Shown here: positions 50,555 to 64,000 of the stretch, in pieces
Layout of the letters: every line of letters starts with the position of its first letter
Position numbering within the stretch: position 1 is the stretch's first letter
Origin: the human T2T-CHM13v2.0 reference genome, Homo sapiens
Strand: one strand, 5' to 3'
Assembly (NCBI RefSeq): GCF_009914755.1
Contig: NC_060936.1
DNA length: 64,000 bases
Notes under the pieces: model-generated
Told to the model about the DNA's origin: nothing
Databases searched by the model: none
The model's input: only the letters and a program-made list of their open reading frames with translations
Translations under genes and position numbers: made by a program

Positions 50555-52455
50555 TGAGTAGCTGAGACTACAGGTGTGCGCCATCACACTTGGCTAATTT
50601 TTGTATTTTTAGTAGAGATGGGGTTTCACCACGTTAGCCAGGATGGTCTTGATCTCCTGACCTCATGATCCACCTGCCTCGGCCTCCCAAAGTGCTGGGA
50701 TTACAGGCGTGAGCCACCACGCCTGGCTAAATACATGAACTTTTAAATAAGGAAATATTAAATATACTCAAAGAACAGTGATCATGAGATGAAAGAGCCT
50801 GGAGCAATTTCCAATCAAATACTGAAGTGATTAGTTTACTTTTTTGACAATAATCTATGATTATCTACTATGTGTCCAGAACTTAGTATCAGAAGATCAG
50901 AGAAGTGAGGTAATATAGTTAAGAATGTGAATAATAAAAACATAAAAATGCAACATTAGTATATATTGTTGAATGGTATAATAGAAAAAGTAAGGGATAT
51001 AATGCAGAATAAATGTACAATATCAACTTTACACCTGAAAGATAAGAAACATTTTTTTGTACTATTATTGCATTTATAAAATATTCTTATTCGGGATCAT
51101 TACTTAAATCACTGATATCAATAACTTCACCATCATCAGTAAAACTTCCTCTTGGAATTATCCAAGAGTTCTCCAGAGCTCAGTATCAACACTTTTATTC
51201 AACTTCTTCACATTCATCCTCCTTTAATTGGATCTGTAAAGTATATATTTTATGTATATGTAATGCTATCACTGGAAATTACTCCTAACCACAATAATTT
51301 TTTTATAATAGTAGAACAGATATTTTCATCCAATAAGTACAATTGTTTGTGATTTCTACAAGACCATTTATTGCATATTTTAAAGGTTTATTTACTTGAC
51401 TTTTTGATGATATTATTTACTAGCAATTGTGGGGTAATATTCTCAGGAAGTACTCTGCGAGATGAAAAGATCTGGCGTGGTCTCAAATATAAAACGAGGC
51501 TGGGCCTGGTGGCAGCTCACAACAACAATCCCAGCACTTTGGGAGGCTGAGGTGGGAGGACTGCTTGAGCCCAGGAGTTTGAGACTAGCCTGGGCAACAT
51601 ATGGAGAAACTGTCTCTTCAAATTTTTTTTTTCTAAAATTAGCCATGTGTGGTGGTGCACATGTGAAGTCCCAGCTACTTGTGAGGCAGAGGGGGTGGAT
51701 CACTAGAGCCTGAGAGGTTGAGGTTGCAGTGACCCATAACTATCACTGCACTCCAGCCTAGGAGACAGAGTGAGACACAGGCTCAAAAACAAAACAAAAC
51801 AAAACAAAACAAAACAAAAAAAACCCCAAAAACTACTCTTTTCTAGGGGGGAAAAAGCCTCATCTAATTCTCAGATATCAGAATTTCAGATGAAGCAGGC
51901 TGGCTGCGGTGACTGATGCCTGGAATCCCAGCACTTCAGGGGGCTGAGGTGGGTGGATCACTTGACCCCAGGAGTTCAAGACCAGCCTGGCCAACATGGT
52001 GAAACCCCATCTCTACCCAAATACAAAAATTAGCCAGGTGTGGTGGTGCACACCTGTAGTCCCAGCTACTTGGGAGGCTGAGGTGGGAGGAGGTTGTGTG
52101 AGATGAGAGTGAGCCCACTACACGTCAGCCTGCGTGACTGAGTGAGACCCCATCTCAAAAAGAAAATAGAATTTCAGAGGAAGCACAACTGCTGATATGG
52201 AAAATTAAAGAAAGACTCAGTGTTTCGGGCATAAACAAAGATGATAATACTATTCATTGAGATGAAAAAGACTATGCAAAGAAGTTTGAAGATCAAAAGC
52301 AAGAGTCATATGTAGACAAGTGTGAGATCCACTTGAAGAGTTCACAGAAAATTGTTTTATAAGATGTGGGAAAAAAGAAAAACAATACTTTTAAATTAAA
52401 ATCAAATCAAGATGAGATTAAAAATATGTCTATCCAGGCCGGGTGCGGTGGCTCA

Positions 52456-52757
<302 letters not shown>

Positions 52758-55484
52758 TTAAATGATAAACAATAATAAAGTAGTTTATGTACAGGCTTAA
52801 AAGTAGTATTTGGTGATTTTTTAGAGACAGGATATCACTGTGTCGCCCAAGGAGTGACGAGGTAGGGTCATACCTCACTGCAGCTGCAAACTCCCAGGCT
52901 CAAGTGATCCTTCTGCCTCAGTCACACAAGTAGCTGAGACTGTAGGTGTGTGCCAGCATACCTGGCTAATTTTTAATATCCTTCTTGTAGAGATGGGGTC
53001 TTGCTATGTTGCCCAGGCGGGCCTGCAACTCCCAGCCTCAAGCAATACTCCTGTCTTGGCCTCCCAAAGCACTGGGATTACAGGCATGAGCCACCATGTC
53101 ACGCCCACCAAAATGTCATTCTGATGGCACACCAACAAATACCCTCTTTATTTCTTTCCTTCATAGTACTTATCAAACAGGTAATCCTCTTACTCGTGTC
53201 TCTCCCAGTAGAATGTAAACTGTATGAGTGTAGGGAACAGGTTTGTCTTTTTCACTAATGTACCCCCACTGCATAGCACATAACAAGCCCTCAATATAGG
53301 TAGGATAAATATTATTCACTTGTCATTGAGCTTCTAATATAGTTCCTTTTGGTATCATTAATCTTGGCAATTAATTTTGCACTTTAACACAAATGCTTCA
53401 TGTTCAAATACTGCATCACTAAATATTTTATGGTTTTATATTGTCTTCTAAATTAAAATCCTATAAAGTTATTTCATGACTCATTTCAATTCCTCTCATT
53501 CCACATGAGAAGTGGTTCTAAATTAATAGGGGAATATAACAACTATCTTTACAGCTTTTCCAAACTGCACACACTCAGACCTAAACAACAATGGGAATGG
53601 TGCCCAGACATCTGTAACCCGAAATATTTCCCTGCTGTGCATTATGCCTCACCCCTGTAATCTCAGTTTCCCTGCTGTGCATTATGGCTCTTCCTGTAAT
53701 CCCAGCACTTGGGGAGGCCAAGGCGGGAGGATCACTTGAACCCAGAGTTTGAGACCAGCCTGGGCAACATAGTGAGATCCTGTCTCTCCAGAAAAACCAA
53801 ATTTTTAAAAATTAGCTTGGTGTGGTGGTAGTCTCAGCTACTGGGGAGGCTAAAGTGGGAGGAGCTCATGAGTCCAGATAGGTTAAGGCTGCAGTAAGCT
53901 GTGACTGCGCCACTGTACTCCAACCTGCGTGACAAAGTGAGACCTTGTCTCAAAAAAATTTTTTAAATAAATATTTCCCAGGGTAGAGGCTTAGATGGAA
54001 ACTTTTCTACTGAAGGGACATCTGATAAACAAGACCTTTCCTTATCTGGGTCCATAATAACCAATTTTTAAAAATCAAGTAAGTGCATACCACAAATTCC
54101 ACAGAGAACACAGACTACGTTACTGGCAATCTCTCTTTATGGGGAAAAAAATCTTAGGACTAGTTGTTTTAGGAATTTCAGATAATGTCCATCAGGCCTG
54201 AGTTACTATACTATAGATGCTACGTGGATAGAGATTTCAGAGAAAGCTGTGAGTCAAGGAACATTCACTGAAGTTGAAGAAAAGAGCTCAAAGTGAAGTC
54301 TACCTGGGGAAAATGTACCATAATCAGAGGTACAGATGCAGAGAAAAATTTCAGAAGAGCGTGTGAGGAAGAATCTAGCTCAGATGGAGTTAATAATGAC
54401 TCTTGAGCACAAATCTAGCTCAAATGGAGTTAATAATGACTCTTGAGCATAGAAAAATAAGTGGAGAGATAAGATGTTCCCATACCATGAGATTCTTCAA
54501 CAAAAACGGAGATTAAATATCACACAGCAGGTAATGGAGACTTAAACCCACCTGACTATGTGATGGTATGAGAGAGAAGCTTTAGAGAAGTTAAACATCA
54601 AATGTACCAGAAAGATGCACTGGGAACTGACTTGAAAATCCTTAGTTTGTACAGAGGAAGGTAAGAAGCAAAATCTCCTTACTATGTTTAAGGTATTAGG
54701 GTTTTGTGTGTGTGTGTTTTTGTTTTTAGAGACAGGGTCTCACTCTGTTGCCTAGCACATCCATGGCACACTGCAGCTTCCAGCTCCTTGGGTCAAGCAA
54801 TCCTCCCACCTCAGCCTCCCAGGTAGCTGGCACTAGAGGTGCACACCACCATATTTGGCTGAATTATTATTATTATTGTTAGGTATTATTAGTAGTAGTA
54901 GATATGGGGTCTTGCTTTGTTGCCCAGGTTGGTCTCAAACTCCTGGCCTTAAGTGACTGTCGTGCCCTGCCCTCTCCCCAACCTCCACAGCATGAGGATT
55001 ACAGTATGAGCTACTGCGCCCAGCCTAGATTTTCACTCTGTATCAGTGGGTTCATCTTCTACTCTCTGTGGTTTTAAAATAGAAATATATCAAATTAGAG
55101 GAAGAGAAGAAAAATAATAAATTAAAAGTTTGAAGTTTAAATAAACTCAAAGGCAATCAGTGTTATCTAAAAGAAGAAAAAAATTATGAATTCATAAAGA
55201 GAGCCTTAACTAAGAAAGTGGGGTTGTAAATGGCCACCAATCTATGCCACTGAATAAGAGGGATACATTTCATCATAAACTCCATGGAGAAAAGACACAT
55301 CCCGATGTGGAGACCAGGTTATGGAGCACATCCATTAAAACTCATGTCACCAATCTTGAGTCAACTCTAAAGATTCAGGAACTTTAAACACAGTTTTATA
55401 AACAACACTTTAAAAGTGCCCACCTGTCATCAAAAACCTGAGATAAAATGTTCACTGTATCTCATAAACCTGATTATTCCTCAC

Positions 55485-55577
55485 CTGAAAAGTTCTGATT
55501 TAGGATTTCTTGACCTATTATCCATGGATCTTGTTGTTCCAGTTTGAACATTGCATCAGGTTTGAGAATTTGAAAAC
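55485..55577 (-). CDS. ZNF605: ZNF605 KRAB-B exon (93 bp, symmetrical phase 1-1)
   Basis: CAG acceptor and GTGAGG donor; GFQILKPDAMFKLEQQDPWIIGQEILNQNFS, open; missed by the ORF track. Confidence 0.85.
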
Positions 55578-55789
55578 CTGTCGATTGGAAACACAGAGGA
55601 CTTGGACCTAACTGCCTGGGCTAAGAGTCTTAAATATGTAGAATGTTTTATTATAAAGGCTGCAAAATAAAGCAAGTGAATGAAAATCTTTCAATTCAGT
55701 ATAAAAGTCAAATAATCTTTGACATGTAAAACTTACATCCAAAATAAGCAAACACCTCACAGGCCAGTTACTGGCCATACACTAAGTTA

Positions 55790-56468
<679 letters not shown>

Positions 56469-56721
56469 ACCAATATAATCTAATATAATAAATATAATAA
56501 TCTTGCATTATGCCTTGAGGAAGGAATGTTTTAAAAATATTTATCATTGTGAATTCATTCATCCATGTACCTATCCACTGAACAAGAAACCAGAATAGGT
56601 TGTCTTTAAACAATACAGTGGTTCTCAAAGAAGGTGCCACTAGTATTTGAGAACCATTCTTAGGTAAGGAATACTGTTCCATGCAGTTGAGCCCTTCAGC
56701 ATGCCTGGCCTCTGTCTGCTA

Positions 56722-57561
<840 letters not shown>

Positions 57562-58452
57562 TCAAGTACCTTTCAGGCCAGAGTGAATAAGGTTACAGGG
57601 CTATGAAGCTAGCATTTACAGAATATAGAGACAAAACGGGGATAAAAACACTGGATTTAACAACACTGGGTTAGGTGCTGTAAAGACAGTAAGGCTTAGA
57701 AAGGGTCTTTAGAAAGTCCTGGTTACAGAGGGGGATGAGGAAAAGGACACTCTCAAGGCAGCAGCATGAGCAAAGACATGGAAACAAAGTGTGTTTTCTG
57801 AGGGATGAAAGTTCAGGAATATAAGAGAGGGAGTGGGAGCGGTGGGAATGGTCCTGGCCTCTTTAAAAGGGAACGTGGAAACCTAGAGAGGTAAGCAGAG
57901 GCCAGCCTTCAGCTGGACTCAAGTAAATTTGAGCATTCCAGTCCCAGCAGCTACAAGGGACACAGGAAAAAGGAGGAAAGCTTAGAATAAGCCCAAGCAT
58001 AGGGGACTAATAGGTTATTTTCCCTCATAAAGCTGGAACACAAGGAGTACTCCGTGTGTGGGTCAATGAAAAAAAAATCAAAGAAAATCAATTTCTTGCC
58101 TCAAATGTTAGTGTTACACAAAGAGGTCAAAAATTGTCCCTGAGAATTATAACAAGCTAGATTTATATGGGTGTGTGGGCTCAACTCCAGTATAGATGTG
58201 TTTTGCAAAAACCTTAAGCACAGAGAGTTCTAAAGTGTTTTTGAGGGGGCCATGCATTCAGGCATCCGGCAGAATCAAATGCAAATTCTATTTAGAGAAA
58301 GAGATCAAAATAATTCTCACAAATAAAGATTCAAGAAAAATGAGTACAGAGTAAAAGAGAAACCGGAATGCACACATAAAAAAAAAATCATCCAGGTGCG
58401 GTGGCTCACGCCTGTAACCCCAGCACTTTGGGAGGCCGAGGCAGGTGGATCA

Positions 58453-60961
<2,509 letters not shown>

Positions 60962-61131
60962 TAGCCTGGATGATCTCAATCTCCTGACCTTGTGATCCAC
61001 CTGCCTCGGCCTCCCAAAGTGCTGGGATTACAGGCAAGAGCCACTGTGCCAGGCCGATCCCATTTATTTTTTTATTTTTATTTTTTATTTTTTTGAGACA
61101 GAATCTCACTCTGTTGCCCAGGCTGGGGTGA

Positions 61132-62891
<1,760 letters not shown>

Positions 62892-63519
62892 CTGGGATTA
62901 CAGGTGTGAGCCACTGTGCCTAGCCGACATGATTCCATTTATAGGACATTCTGGAAAAGGCAAAGCTGTAGTGACAGAGAACAGATAGTGGCGGCCAGGG
63001 ATAAGGGATGCACGGCCACAGAGGGGCCTCACAGACTTCCTGTGTGGTGACGGAGCCGCTCTGTCCCGACTGTGATGTTGATGACATGAACTTGGACGTG
63101 TTTTAAAACTCCTCTGAGGAAGCTGGCTCCTGGTTAAAAAGGTCTGTGCGAAATTTCAGGCACAAACATAAACAATCACCAAGGCTTTACCCTGTGGGCC
63201 TCATGGAGGAAAACTGCCCTCCCCACAACGGACGTGGTGTACAGCCAACGTACTGTGGATGCTACAGGACTATGATGTGGTCCCCGGTCCTGAGTGTATT
63301 GTTGATGCTGATGTCCCATCTATGTACACCCCTGCTAGCCTTTGCCCCAGTCCCTGATGGGAACTGCTGCAGTTAGGGCCGTTACAGAGCAGCATAGGAA
63401 GACTGAATCCACCCGACTCAGGCTATGGCTAGTTCCCTGGCCATTGGATCAGGCCGCCGGCCAGCCTCAGACTGGCAGGTAAAACAAGGTTCCTGGTGGA
63501 GACAGGACTTTTTAAAAAA

Positions 63520-63790
63520 AAAATAATTTCAACTTTTTCTTTAGATCCACAAGTCCATGTGCAGGTTTGTTTTGTGGGTTTACTGCGTAATGCTGAGGTT
63601 TGGGGTACGACTGATCCTGTCGCCCAGGTGGTGAGCACAGAACCCAACAGGCTTCCCTCTTCCCTCCCTCCCTCCCCACGTTTGAGGTCCCCTGTGTCTA
63701 CTGGCCCCATCTTCGTGTCCACGTGTACCCAGTGTTTTGCTCCCACTTATAAATAAGAACAGAGAACATTTGGTTTTCTGTTCCTGAGGA
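63520..63790 (-). mobile_element. L1PA/L1PB 3' end fragment
   Basis: CATGTGCAGGTTTGTT...GCTCCCACTTATAAATAAGAAC...TTTGGTTTTCTGTTCCTG. Confidence 0.75.
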
Positions 63791-64000
63791 CGAGACATTT
63801 AGATAAAAATCAGTTCTGCTCCTAAGAAGCATTTTGTTACCCATACGGGTGCTCACCAAAAAGACTCCAGTGCTGACCCAGGAAACACAACCACCCAACT
63901 GCGCTTGCTAAATGCAGACTAAGATGTCTTCCACTCCGGAGCAAGCAGATATGTGACTGACCGCCTCATGGAGCCATGAGAAACGTCCCACAGAGATGCA

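Overview
Primate (almost certainly human) Alu-dense genomic DNA that I recognise from the translated exons as the CHFR–ZNF605 interval (12q24.33, from memory). Minus strand: the 5' end of CHFR (two candidate first exons, ATG exon, FHA exon) on a CpG island at ~10 kb, and the 3' part of the KRAB zinc-finger gene ZNF605 (KRAB-A, cassette KRAB-B, 17-finger exon, 3' UTR). Between them: an 8.9-kb HERV-H provirus nested four layers deep (MER4-type LTR > Alu > HERV-H > Alu), an SNU13 processed pseudogene inside ERVL pol sequence, and two further CpG-rich promoter-like elements. A solo LTR12 splits an Alu in a ZNF605 intron. The most unusual signals are all in the provirus: a 24-copy 80/81-bp array with higher-order structure inside env, an in-frame pol-env deletion junction, a run of Trp-to-stop G-to-A changes, and a single change in the 5' LTR that turns its poly(A) signal into a consensus splice donor. 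I see no evidence for a wholly new biological system. Repeat subfamily names and comparisons to reference proteins come from memory and were not searched. Only some of the many Alu/L1 fragments are listed individually.
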